DNA of 63,865 nucleotides, counting the filler, from Reclinomonas americana ATCC 50394 (taxonomy: Eukaryota), in NCBI GenBank assembly GCA_048213135.1. It is 16 parts of 16 records of this genome, joined end to end, with 100 filler letters (N's around TTAATTAATTAA, not from the genome) between each part and the next. Parts side by side here need not be neighbours in the genome. Positions count along the whole stretch, not along the records: positions 1 to 1,036 come from AFZH01017475.1; positions 1,137 to 3,166 come from AFZH01017477.1; positions 3,267 to 4,981 come from AFZH01017478.1; positions 5,082 to 6,218 come from AFZH01017479.1; positions 6,319 to 11,328 come from AFZH01017480.1; 11 more parts are not named here. One strand, 5' to 3'. The notes under the pieces were generated by a model. It worked only from the letters and a program-made list of their open reading frames with translations, made no database searches and was not told where the DNA came from. Below, one piece after another: positions 1 through 11,428 of this stretch. The number at the start of each line of letters is the position of its first letter. Within the stretch, counting starts at the first letter, position 1. The translations under genes were made by a program, and so were the position numbers.

Positions 1-48
1 AGAGAGAGAGCGAGAGAGAGAGAGAGCGAGAGAGAGAGCCTGCTCGTC

Positions 49-715
49 TTGCACTCGGCCTCATGCACGCCCCAGGATGCCGTGGAGCGCATGAAGACGC
101 TCATGCGGCAGTCCCTGGCGGCGCCAAATGTAGTGCGCCAGTGGCACTCATCGGTCCCATTTGTCGTCTTTTGCGACTTGCACATGCCGAAACTCGACGG
201 TAGAGCCACATGTCGATCGATCGGCGACACCTATCGCAAGCTAGTCGACCGACAGTCATTACCGGACACGTCGCTCCCGCTGCCGTACCTGGTCATCATG
301 ACCGGCGATGCGACCGAGGAGACACGCGACATTTTGAGCAGGGACAACGATAGTGCCTGCGTTCGTGGAGGTTGGTGCACGAGGGTTCATGTGTCTGCGC
401 AGTCTTGCTGTTTTCGATGAGTTTCATTCTTCTTCTCGCCCTCCACGGTGTTGATCTTCCTTGTCTCTCCCGTCATGAGTACGCATTCTGTCTCATCTCT
501 CTCACACACTGTGCGTTATCATTGAGTCTTCTTCGCCTCCGTTTCTCCTCTTTCCCTCTCTTTCCCTCCAATCGTCTCACACTTGCCTTCTCCCAGTCAT
601 CACCAAGCCCGCCACACGGCAGCACCTCGAAGCCACCATCATCACCGGCTTCGAGGAGTGGTTCGGTCGGTCGCCTGCTCTGAGAAATACCACCGACCCG
701 GAGCGTACACAATAG
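49..715 (+). CDS. Response-regulator receiver domain, C-terminal part of a probable hybrid histidine kinase (5' partial)
   Basis: Motifs FVVFCDLHMPKLDG (phospho-Asp) and YLVIMTGDA; intron 371-596 gives ...RGVITKP (conserved KP); stop TAG 713-715. Confidence 0.8.
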
Positions 716-806
716 TCATACTTTTTGTTTTTTTGTTAATCAACTTGCATAATACACGACGAAAAAGAAAACTTGTCTTTCATCCGAATCTTTAATACAT
801 TTTCTG

Positions 807-1036
807 TCATCTGTGCAATGGCGAGAGCGGTGGTGGTGGCGAGCCTCTCGGCGAACTGGCCATGCCACTGGCCATCGCAGGCGTGTTGTTCAGCGACGAG
901 GGTGAGAGCGGCATTGGCGGCAGGCCATCCAGTGATGCACGCGCCGGCATGTCACTCTCCGGCGGTGGTCTCCGAATCGAAAATGCACGATTGTTGGGGC
1001 TAATGGCAGTGTCCGCGGCGGCGGCAGCCGTGGGCG
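807..1036 (-). CDS. Pro/Ser-rich terminal exon of a minus-strand gene (possibly the ankyrin/TM gene)
   Basis: Open frame PTAAAAADTAISPNNRAFSIRRPPPESD...PLSPLHR ending TGA at 809-807, followed by an AT-rich stretch convergent with the receiver gene. Confidence 0.4.
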
Positions 1037-1136
1037 NNNNNNNNNNNNNNNNNNNNNNNNNNNNNNNNNNNNNNNNNNNNTTAATTAATTAANNNNNNNN
1101 NNNNNNNNNNNNNNNNNNNNNNNNNNNNNNNNNNNN
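1037..1136. other. Artificial scaffold linker (N44-TTAATTAATTAA-N44); others start at 3167, 4982, 6219, 11329, 19028, 23012, 31960, 39708, 45694, 49688, 52358, 56014, 58587, 61928
   Basis: Identical 100-nt spacers with stop codons in all six frames. Confidence 0.98.
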
Positions 1137-1184
1137 AACCAACAAACGGAGGCAAACACGAAAGCACACGCGCGCAAGCGCGCG

Positions 1185-4100
1185 CGTGCCAATAATACAA
1201 CAGCGACAACCAGAATCATGTACAGCCCGAGAAGCATAAGAAGATCATAAAGCAGCGCCATCTAGAGGCAACTCGCACAGAATTAACCAGCACGAATGAG
1301 ATTTAGAAGGAAAGCCACAGGCACAGACGTGGTGGCGAAGAAGTACACATATGTGAGCACACATACAGTCGCCTCTCCCTTCCCCTTTCTCCCTCATCCC
1401 TTCCCCTTCTCCCCCCTCGCCTCCTCACCTCATTGGTCAACGAACACCCCCACAGATTAAAATCATCGCGGATCTTGCGACGAATGTCAAGAATGTCGCC
1501 CTGATAAAACCGATAAATGTGCCGCAAGACGCGATCGGGCAGTGGAGGCAGCTGCCGCAGTTCACGCTCGTGCTTGAAGCCACTGTGAGCGCAGCGGTAA
1601 GAGACGAGTACAGCCGGTGGCACTGCAGCGATGACGCAACAGCTTCGCGTTGGGTTCGTACAACGTGTTCTCGTACTGATCGAGCGCACGATCGGCCAGC
1701 GTGCGCGACCCTCGATCCACCTCCAAAATGCGATACGCCAGTGCCTTGCTAAACTCAAAATCGCTCTTGCCGACCACCGAGTCGATAATCTCCTCTCGCT
1801 GCTTGTACGCCACGTCCGTGTCGTCGCCCTCTGTTGCGGCGACAGGAGGGTGAGCAGCGGTGGGGGCAACACACTTGGGAGCACACACACACTCACCAAT
1901 AATGGCATACACAATAGCGTCCTCGCGCAACGCCTGACTCGACTGGTGCTGCACCATGAGCAGCACACTGTGCCAGTCGCGCGCCTTGCGCACCGCGAAA
2001 TGCAGCTGCTCTTCCAACTCTGCACAGGCAACCAACAGGTTGAGTAACAAAAAAGAGTGAGTGGCGAAGGATGGACTCAACGTTGCCCGTCGCGAGACAG
2101 CAGCAGCTCGAGGACCGCATAGTCGCGCAGACGAATGGCAATGTGGTAGGGGCCAGTGGGATCGGTACGACCCTGCATCGCAAGAGTGAATCAGTAATTC
2201 GGGAAGCAGACGAAGAAGAAAGAGAAGGAGAAGATGGAAGAAAAGGCAGGTGAGATGAAAGGACAGCGTGAAGGATGAAGAATAAGAGAAATCAGTACTC
2301 GGGAGAAAAAGAGAACTAGCAGAAGGAGAATATGTAAGGCAAGGCAGGCGAGATGAAGAATAACGAAGGCATAAAGGTGTGAGAGAGAGGACGCGATCGT
2401 GCTCCGGGCAACGAAACTCGAGGTACATATGTGCGATTCGGCAACACGCCAATGCGCAACAACGCCTGCACCACTTTCCACTCCCACGCAATGGCGGCAA
2501 CCAGCAGCGCTTCCGAAAGATGAACCACAGTAAACCTATAAGCACGCATGTGAGCCAAGACCGCGATCAACCGCCCATTGCTCTCTCACAAAGAATGTCG
2601 CTGTGCGTCTCTCTACTCTCTCATTCTTGCTTGCTGTTTTCAACTCTTGCTTTACATGTTTCTCTCTCTCTCTGCGGGTGTGTCTCTTGCTGTTTTCCTC
2701 CCTTTCTTTCTCTCTTTGCCTCCTTCTGTCTTTCTTGCTTTCGTTCTCTCTGTCTTGGTTTCTTAAGTCTTTCTTGCTGATTTGCATTTTTTGCTTGATC
2801 TTTACTTCTCTCTTTTCTCCTTATTCCTTTCTTGCGTTCTTCATCTTTCGGTCTTTGTCTGTCGTTCTTTCGTGCTTCATTTCTCTCATTCTTGCTCTCT
2901 CCTCTCTTTCTTCTCTCTCTCTTTCCTGCATTCGTTCTCTTTGCCTTCGTTTCTCTCTCTGGCTTCCTCTCTTTCTTCACTCTCTTGCCTTTCTTTCTTT
3001 CTTTCTTTCATTCATTCATTCATCTCTCCGTCCAACTTCTTGTCTCGTCCTCATTTTCCTTCTCTCTATCTTGCTTTCTTCCACCACTCACTTTCTCTCT
3101 CTTCCCCTCACTCCCCCCTCCCTCACTCCCTCACTCCCTCCCTCCCTCCCTTCTTCTCTCTCTCTCNNNNNNNNNNNNNNNNNNNNNNNNNNNNNNNNNN
3201 NNNNNNNNNNTTAATTAATTAANNNNNNNNNNNNNNNNNNNNNNNNNNNNNNNNNNNNNNNNNNNNTCTCTCTCGCTCCTCCCTCCGTCCCTCTTCAACA
3301 CGCAACATATCCACATGCTGCGCCAGCCGCTGCACCAACTCCACAGCACCACTGCCGGCCGCCGTCAACAGCGTCGCCCGCCAAATGACGGCCGCCAGTG
3401 TTTCCTCACACTGGGAGTTGGTGGCCGCCAGCAGCGCCATGCAGCACTCCGTCTTCTGGCGGTGCGCGGCCACCTCGGAAGCGTAGCGCGGCACGTGCAA
3501 ATCCTCGTCGACCTTGAAGTGCTCAAACTGTACAATCTCGAAACACGTATCGGGGTCCATGCCGGCGCCGACAAACATCTGAGCGCCACGCAGTCAGTCA
3601 CGGGATGAGAAGAAGGGGGAGAATGGTCTCACAGTCGCCGCACCTGCACCAACTCCATGTTGCCGTGATGTGCCGCCATGTGCAAGTACGAGTAACCGGG
3701 ACGGAACGGGTGCCTCCGCCAATCGACACTCGTCACCTTGCGCATCTGCTCGTACTCCATGCATTGCGAAAACACGCGACCGTCGGCCACATTGTTCTCC
3801 AGCTGCAAGAGGCGGTCAGTTGGTGGGAAAAGGGAGAAGGAGTGCGAGAGAGAAAGGACGCACCAAGTTCCACAGGTACGAGTTGGAGAACGGCGTAAAC
3901 ATTTCGGGCTCGCGCAAAAACAGCATGCGATACAACTCGGGGTAGCGGGATTCGGGGTCGATCGACTCGCCGTGGGCGAGTGCCAACGCGGCCGTGCGAT
4001 GCACAAAGAGGGAGAAGGGAGAGTCGCCGCGCAGAGTGTGGTGGCGAATATTGGCGCCGAGCTCGATCAATCTCTGCTCACAGAAGTGAGTGACGGGGGG

Positions 4101-4467
4101 ACTGAAGGAAAAGAGGGCCATTAATGATCAAACCTGCACGACAAGAATGGTGGAACGGGCATTGAAGAGGGTCACGCTGTCTGCACACACGCACAACGAC
4201 GTCCATCCGAGCAGATCCGGTGTGTCGACTCCGAGGCCGGAATTGGCGGCCAGCGCGTCCACGCAGTCGAGATGCACCGCACTGTCGGAGAAAAGGAGGG
4301 TGAGCGGGGATTATCATGAAGGAGGGGTTGGTTGGTGAATTATGGCGCAACAGATTCTGGTCCGTGACGAAAAACAGCGAGCACAGCGACGTCCATGCAA
4401 AGTTGCGCTCCTCGTCGGGGAACACAAAGCCATTGTCGAGGCAGTGGCGGAGGATGAGGTAGAGGAC
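1185..4467 (-). CDS. Multi-exon ankyrin-repeat protein followed by a transmembrane helix (possible TRP-like channel); partial, spans a gap
   Basis: Ankyrin motifs RLIELGANIRHHTLRGDSPF, GYSYLHMAAHHGNMELVQMFVGAG, LLTAAGSGAVELVQRL and GPYHIAIRLRDYAVLELLL. Last visible exon (from 1261) reads MALLYDLLMLLGLYMILVVAVVLL. Confidence 0.7.
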
Positions 4468-5224
4468 CTGCGGGTGGGCAAAGGGGAAGATAAGAGTGAT
4501 GATCTCGAAAGACAGTCGCAAAACATCTCTCTTCTTCACAATCCACTACAGTTTCTGTTTCACACTTTCCCATTCTCTCCTCACTGGCAAGTGTTCTCTT
4601 GTGTGTCTCAATATTTATCAACCGATTGCGGCTGGTCTCACTTCAAATTACCCTCGCGAACCCATCGCCTGCCCACGTACTCTCTTCTTTCTCAGAGAAA
4701 TGCAAGCCTGTGCTTCCTGTCTCTCGTCGAGTCCGCTTCCTTTCGTTCTCATCTCCCTTACGATTGCTTCGTGTCCAAGCCCCCACATGCCGTCTTCAAC
4801 ATCTCACTATTTTCGCAACCCTCGCGCACGGCATCGCCACCGATCCCGTTCAAACTCTTCCAGCAGACCTCACCACATGCTCGTGTGTCTCTGCCTCTGT
4901 CTCCCCGCTGTCTTGTTCCTCAGTGCGTTTTTCTTTTATTCTCTCTCTCGCTCTCTCTCCCCCTCTCTCCCTCTCTCTCTCNNNNNNNNNNNNNNNNNNN
5001 NNNNNNNNNNNNNNNNNNNNNNNNNTTAATTAATTAANNNNNNNNNNNNNNNNNNNNNNNNNNNNNNNNNNNNNNNNNNNNTACCGTACCTACCTACCTA
5101 CCGTACCGTACCCGTACCTACCGTACTACCGTACTCTCGTCTCGTCGTCGTCGTCTCTCGTCTCTCTCTCTCTCTCTCTCTTCTTCTTCTTCTTCTTCTC
5201 TCTCTCTCTCTCCTCCTCCTCCTC

Positions 5225-5314
<90 letters not shown>

Positions 5315-5542
5315 GTCTGTCTGTCTCCTCGCTGTCGTGCTCCTCATTACGTTTCACTTTATTCTCTCTCTCTCTCTCATTCTCTCTCTCTCTCACCTCT
5401 TTCCATGCACCCTCCCTTCTCCTTTCCCCCTCCCTTCCCCTTTCCTTCCCCATCGACGCACCTGATGCCCCCTCGACACCGCCCACCGCAACAACCCCTC
5501 CCTCGGCCGATTCCTGCCCAACCACGCCCGCACATGCCGCAC

Positions 5543-5767
5543 CTCCTGCTCCGGACTCTCAAACTGCACTCCCTCCGCCACCGGCATTCCCTCCACCGAC
5601 TCGGCCTGCTGCTGCGCGTGATGATGCCCGTTCTGTGCACCCGCAATGCCTCCTCCGCCACCTCCACCACGAGGCGACTTGGGCTGTTGTGTGGGAGAAG
5701 ATCGCCCCCCTCGCACAGGCGGAGGCGGAGCAGGCGAAGGAGAAGAAGGCGGCTGAGGAACAATCGG
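5543..5767 (-). CDS. Isolated Pro/Gly-rich exon; parent gene unassigned
   Basis: CAG acceptor and GTGCGG donor around PIVPQPPSSPSPAPPPPVRGG...QFESPEQE, between CT/GA microsatellite introns. Confidence 0.4.
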
Positions 5768-6124
5768 CTGCGAGGGAACACAACAACGATCAACGACGGA
5801 AATCGGGCGCGGAAGTTGGTAGAGAGGGAGGGAGAGCAGAGAGGAGAGAGAGAAGGGGGAAGAGAGGGAGGAGAGAGGGAGGGGGAGAGGGAGCAGAGAG
5901 AGGGAGGGAGGAGAGAGGGAGATGAAAGAAACACAGATACAGACCAATCGATGCACAGACGCTCACACACACTCACTCACTCTCTCTCTCACACACACAC
6001 ACACACTCACGCACACACCCATACGTTCTCTCTCTCTCTCTCTCTCTCTCTCATGCACAAACTTTCACACACGAGAGAAAGAGCATTCTCTCTTCTTCCC
6101 TCTTTCTCTCTCTCTTTGTGCGTA

Positions 6125-6169
<45 letters not shown>

Positions 6170-6368
6170 CTGTGCGCTGGCGTGCATCTGTGCTCCTCTT
6201 CTGCCTTCTCTCTTCGTCNNNNNNNNNNNNNNNNNNNNNNNNNNNNNNNNNNNNNNNNNNNNTTAATTAATTAANNNNNNNNNNNNNNNNNNNNNNNNNN
6301 NNNNNNNNNNNNNNNNNNCTCTCTCACACACACTCTCTCTCTCTATCTCTCACTCACACACTATCTCT

Positions 6369-6405
<37 letters not shown>

Positions 6406-6410
6406 ACCCA

Positions 6411-6853
6411 CGCTCATTCTCGGAATCGCAACTGGAGCAATGACAGCGATAGGCCCAGGCCATGATGCCCGGCAGCTTCTGTTGTCGAGCCTCCTCGCGT
6501 GAGAGCACCTCCAGCCACTGCGCGTTGCCTCCGCCCGCGCCTGCACCACACACGCAGTTGCCGGTGGTGTCGCAGTAGGCGTCGGTGGAGGAGACGCAGA
6601 GGCCACTGGTGCTTGTCGGTGCTGCGCCTGGTGCGGAGGAGGGCGTCTTTGAGGAGGCTGTCTGTGTTGTGCCAGAGTCATCGTCGTCGCCTCGTGAGAG
6701 GCGGAGGATGGCGGGGCGACCGCGTGCGCTGCCTCGTGCAGAGGCGGCGGCGGCGGTGAAGCGGCGTTGCAGGCGTGGCAGCAGTGATGGGAGGGCGTCG
6801 ACGGATAGGACGAGCAGCAGCACGCAGGCCACAAGGAGCAGCAGCTGTCTCAT
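6411..6853 (-). CDS. First exon of a secreted or membrane Cys-rich protein
   Basis: Signal peptide MRQLLLLVACVLLLVLSVDA; Cys cluster CVSSTDAYCDTTGNCVC...YRCHCSSC (EGF-like spacing). Confidence 0.6.
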
Positions 6854-7656
6854 GACAACCTCTCCTCTCTTCACTCTGCACACAAACTGCTGGTTGCTCA
6901 GTTTCCGCCAAGCTGCTTCTCCGTTTCGTGGGTGGAGGCGAACATACTTGCGTTATGAGTTAAGCGCGTGTCTGAGGTTTGGTGTGTGTACACGTGTGTA
7001 GAGTCAGTGTGCTTGTGTGTGTGTGTCGCTGGTGGCGACGAGTGGGAATCGGTGACGGAGGGTGAGACAGTTCGAAATAGTACATTGATTTCCGTTTTTG
7101 TGAGTATTTATTCCGAATTCCGATTCGGCCACGGTTTGCACTCTCCGAATGCACGCCTTGTCGGGCTGAACCGACAGCATAATCGCCGCAAGCAGGTGTG
7201 CATGGATTGACGGAAGAGTCGTGGTTTTTTCTCTCATACTTGGGAAACTCTTTGGTGGGGCTGCTGCTCTGAGCTCGTTGCATGGTGCACCAGCGTCGTC
7301 AGGGACGCTTGCGTTCATCTTGAGGAAGAGAAGAGAGAGGGCTGTTTGCAGATCGAGCGTTTGTTGTCTCGAATTCGCAGTTTTGACGTCGCGATTGATA
7401 GCGAGAGGCTTGTTCTGTTCGCATCCACGATTAGAGTGGTGCTGCAATGTGTTCAGCACTTTTATTCTGTGTTGATATTGGAGACGCCACATGCACGCCT
7501 GAGTCGTTACGGAAACGAAACCGAGGATGCCGACGTCGATCGCGACGGCATGAATATTGCATGCACGTGTTCCTCTCTCTGTGAGGGAGTGCGTCGTACA
7601 GCGAGGGACCTGCGGGCATCATGCCACAGGCGGAGATGTGATGCGCCAAGCTGTTC

Positions 7657-7765
7657 TTATGCAGTGAAGATCGCAGTTCTCGCGATCGACTTTTTCGCGA
7701 TCGGAGCTCCGAGAGCGAACACACACACACACGACTGGTGTTTGTGTTAATTTTGGATACGGTTG
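7657..7765 (+). repeat. Copy of a dispersed ~150-bp intergenic repeat
   Basis: TTATGCAGTGAAGATCGCAGTTCTCG...CACACAC...GTTTGTGTTAATTTTGGATA matches 51855-52000, 52285-52350 and 61777-61872. Confidence 0.7.
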
Positions 7766-7885
7766 CTCACAAAGGCAGCCGTTGCTTGTTTGTTGGTGAA
7801 TGGATTGTTGCGAGTCAACTTCGACGCCTCGATCGCGACGTCGATCGACATGTAGAATTGCTGAACGCACTGTGCCGGCCGACAG

Positions 7886-8121
7886 CAGGGTCATTGGATA
7901 AAGCTGATCTGCGCCTTGACCAAATTTGTCCATTTTCCTTGAAATCATGTGAAATCAGTGTCTTCCTCTACCCTTTACCCTTGAACCGATGCGTGAGTGT
8001 GATCAGCGTCTTTTTCTACCCCAGACCTGTCATCCGCGTGCGTGGAATCGCTGTTCCTCGACCCTTGACCCTTGACCCTTTACCCTTTGTAGGACAAGGC
8101 GCAGATCAGCTTTATCCAACC
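7886..8121. mobile_element. Non-autonomous TIR element (MITE), hAT-like
   Basis: Perfect 25-bp inverted repeat TTGGATAAAGCTGATCTGCGCCTTG (7894-7918 and 8095-8119); 8-bp direct repeat GCCGACAG at 7878-7885 and 8122-8129; left end starts CAGGG; internal ACCCTT(G/T) repeats. Confidence 0.75.
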
Positions 8122-8399
8122 GCCGACAGGAGCTCAACCACAATGACCTCACGATGCTCACACCCTCCCCCAGCATGTCACTAGCCGGATCGCGGATCCA
8201 CCAAAGACTTGCAAGCGTCACAGGTCGACGTCGAAGGCAAAAGATCAACTGAGAAGCGCCGAAGACATAGGGCGCAAGCAGCAGTCTCACTGGGCTGAGC
8301 CTGAGTGCAAAACCAACAAAAAACAGCACAGCACAGCATCCTTGTCAGTCGTGTCCCGCCGCACCTTACACAACGCTCACACACACACACACGACAACC

Positions 8400-10982
8400 A
8401 TGCTGCGCTGTGCCTCTCGCTACGGCGGTGAGTCACACTCCTCCACACACTCCTCTACACGCACAACACACTGCTCACTCAAGAACATCCGCAGCTCACT
8501 TGTCACGCACATGGACCTGCGCAAGCAGCGCACGTGTCTTCTCCTCTGATGTCACCTCCTCCTCCAACAACACTGATGCAGTGGTGACCGACGACGACAC
8601 AGTGGACGATGTACGCATGCATCACTCACACACGCACAGACAACAACATGCATTTTCACTCTCTTTTCTTTCATTGATGATTATTAGGCAGTCGAGTCTC
8701 GCGAGGGCGAACTCGGCGACAGCGTGTACTTGACGGGCCGAGTGGATCAACAGACTGGGCTGACCACCTCGCCCTTTCCCAAGTCGGTGTGCGCCATTCT
8801 GTTGGAGCCTGTCAATCCCGACGATGTCGAAATCAAACCCGACGGCAGTGTGGTGCGGGCGCAGGGAAAGGAGGGGGGGACAGAGGGGAGATCGCACACT
8901 GTCTTTTGAGCCTTGATTCTCCCTTGATCTCATTCTCGTCGCTCGACCTCCTCTTCCATCATGCCTCTGTTCTGCTGGCCTCGTCTCTCCCTCGTCCGGC
9001 CTCCTTGACTGCATCCACTTCATACGCATCCTCTCCTTCTGTCGTGCTCCGTGCTAATGTCGCCTCTCGTCTTTCCCGTTCGCCTTCTGTCCTCCATATT
9101 CCTCCAGCATGAACTCCTCCCCTTCTCTCCCTTTTACTCGTTCTCTTGTCTGTCCTGCCCTCACTTGTGGTTTTCCTTGCCCGCATCCCCTTGCCTGATG
9201 AGCTCCTCCCCTTCTCTCCTTCGCACGCTTTTATTCATTCATGCTCAGCATCTCTTCTGCACGTCATCGTCCTTGTCAGCCTTGTCGTCGTCTGCCTTCG
9301 TCCACTTCATGATCTCATGTCGCGTGCTGTCTCTTTCTCTCACGCGTTGTCGCCCTCCTGCTGTCCGTCTGTGTCTTGGCCTCTGCGCTTCTCCTTCACG
9401 CTGCCCCCGCTCTCCCCTCCTCCCGACGTCGTCGATGCACTTGTCTCGCGACACGCTTTCGTCCACTGCCTTCTCTCTCTCGGCGCGTTTACAGGCCTCG
9501 CGTCTTGTTTCTGCCTCTGGCTCTCTTCAATAACTCTTTCCATCCTCCTTTCGTCTCTTGTCCACTCTTTGCTTCTTTGTCTGCCGTGCATTCCTCCTCT
9601 CTTTATCCCTTCTCCTTCCCTCACTTACCCCTTCCCCCTCCCCGCAGTACCTCCCCGAAATCAAATACCGCCGCATCCTCAACCGCGCCTTCCGCCCGGG
9701 CGGCTGGGGCATCCTGCCGGCCTCGCCGTACGAGACCGTCGGCGATTTCATCGTGTGCGAATTCGCCTTGTATGCACTCGGGCGGTGAGTGGCAAGAGAG
9801 AGTTAGTAAGCGCTCTTTCCTTTATTTGCATGTCTCACTGAATCGAGTGAGACACAGACGAGTGTCGCAGGCGTGGGGCGAGCATGCGTTGAACAGTGGT
9901 CCCGGCAAGTCGGTGGCCACTGCACTCGAATGTTACGTGCATTTGGAAAAGCGCGATTAAGCAGTCGCCCACTGTCCCTTTCCATCACCGCAGCCGCCCG
10001 CAGTAACGCGCTGATGCGCTGCTGCAAGGATCTCGGCGTCGTCAGCGAGCTGTGGGACCGCGAGTTTATCGAGCAGTGGAAGGCCTCCCGTGCCGTGGAG
10101 GGTTGCGTGACATATTTGTTACAATTACCTCATGTCCTTGGTGTCCTCCTCCTTCGCCTCACCTTTACTTCTCTGTCCCTCATTGACCGTGCTGACCTTC
10201 ACCTCTCCCCTTATTTGCATTCCTCCTGTTACCTCTCCTCACTTCCATTGAACTGATTCTTCCGTCCTTTCTTCTGACCTTCTTCCTCATTTGTTGCATT
10301 TTCCTCCGCAGCTCACTTGTCGTTTCTCCCCCTGCCAGTGCACTCTTTCGTTTTTTATGTGTCTCTTGATCCTCGCCATTCTTTCTCCGCGCCGGCACTC
10401 CACTCACGCCTTCGCATTTCGCTTGGGGTCCTTCTTCGTCCACTCTCTACTGCACTTGCAGTTTTTCTCCTGCTCTTCCTCTCCTCCCTCTCCTGCCCTT
10501 CAATCTCCCTCCCATTCGCGCCTTCGCATTTCGCTTGCTGTCCTTCTTCGTCCACTCTCTACTGCACTTGCAGTTTTTCTCCTGCTCTTCCTCTCCTCCC
10601 TCTCCTTCCCTTCAATCTCCTTCCCCCTCACACCTTCGCATTCCGCTTGCTGTCCTTCTTCATCCACTCTCTACTGCACTCGCAGTTTTTCTCCTGCTCT
10701 TCCTCTCCTCCCTCTCCTTCCCTTCTATCTCCTCCTCCCTCCCCTCACATCCCTTCCCCTTAAATCCCCTCACATCCCTTCCCCTAATCTCCCCCGTGTG
10801 CAGTGTGGTGCGAAAACCAACAAACCAAGCAAAAGCGCAAGTTCTGGCGCCGCAAGGACCGCCCCGCCCTCGAATACCCGTGGAAGGAGGGCGCCTCACC
10901 CGCCACCGCCACCGGCCCCACCTCCTCCTCCTCCCCACAACAGCAGTCGGCACCGCGCCCCGCTGCCCCTCGCCGCGTTTGA
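8400..10982 (+). CDS. MGM101: Mitochondrial genome maintenance protein Mgm101 (Rad52-type ssDNA annealing), 7 exons
   Basis: [56 protein letters not shown] and [16 protein letters not shown]; presequence-like N-terminus [16 protein letters not shown]...ARVFSS. Confidence 0.93.
10400..10740 (+). repeat. Three ~112-bp tandem copies inside the last MGM101 intron
   Basis: Unit CCTTCGCATTTCGCTTG...TCCACTCTCTACTGCACTTGCAGTTTTTCTCCTGCTCTTCC starts near 10408, 10520 and 10633. Confidence 0.85.
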
Positions 10983-11328
10983 CCATCTATCTCTTTTCCC
11001 TATTTTCCCCTCCTCTCCTTGCACACAATGAGAGAGCATTGAATCGATGACGAGGTTATTAACAAAACACGACTTTCTTGTTTTTATCACCGCCCCGCCC
11101 TCGAATACCCGTGGAAGGAGGGCGCCTCACCCGCCACTGCCACCGGTCCCACCTCCTCTTCCTCCTCCCCACAACAGCAGTCGGCACCGCGCCCCGCTGC
11201 CCCTCGCCGCGTTTGATTGACAACTTCTCTTTTCCCTCTTTCCCCTCTCCTTGCACACAATGAGAGAGCGTTGAATCGATGACGAGGTTATTAACAAAAC
11301 ACGACTTTCTTGTTTTAATCACCGCCCC
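10858..11328 (+). repeat. ~232-bp tandem duplication of the MGM101 3' end (two full copies plus the start of a third at the gap)
   Basis: ACCGCCCCGCCCTCGAATACCCGTGGAAGG...CACGACTTTCTTGTTTT at 10858 and 11089; ACCGCCCC restarts at 11321. Confidence 0.9.
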
Positions 11329-11428
11329 NNNNNNNNNNNNNNNNNNNNNNNNNNNNNNNNNNNNNNNNNNNNTTAATTAATTAANNNNNNNNNNNNNNNN
11401 NNNNNNNNNNNNNNNNNNNNNNNNNNNN

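Noticed and set aside
1081..1092. Recurrent TTAATTAATTAA palindrome
   Set aside because: Artificial six-frame-stop linker inside N runs.
1500..1560. F-box-like LPDRVLRHIYRF, suggesting a poxvirus-style ankyrin/F-box protein
   Set aside because: It is followed in frame by a TM helix, so a membrane-protein reading fits better. Not fully excluded.
2536..3222. Long Leu/Ser/Phe- or Arg/Glu-rich ORFs here and at 9051-9960, 19143-20141, 30672-31421 and 53484-55151
   Set aside because: Translations of CT, GA and GT microsatellite introns.
8060..8090. ACCCTT(G/T) heptamers as interstitial telomere repeats
   Set aside because: Only a few copies, inside a TIR element; better explained as subterminal repeats.
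9932..9938. GTT donors as homopolymer over-calls or as non-canonical TT donors
   Set aside because: Exonic GT dinucleotides show no comparable frameshifts, the pattern depends on the -1 base, and GT..AG boundaries restore conserved frames. RNA confirmation is still needed.
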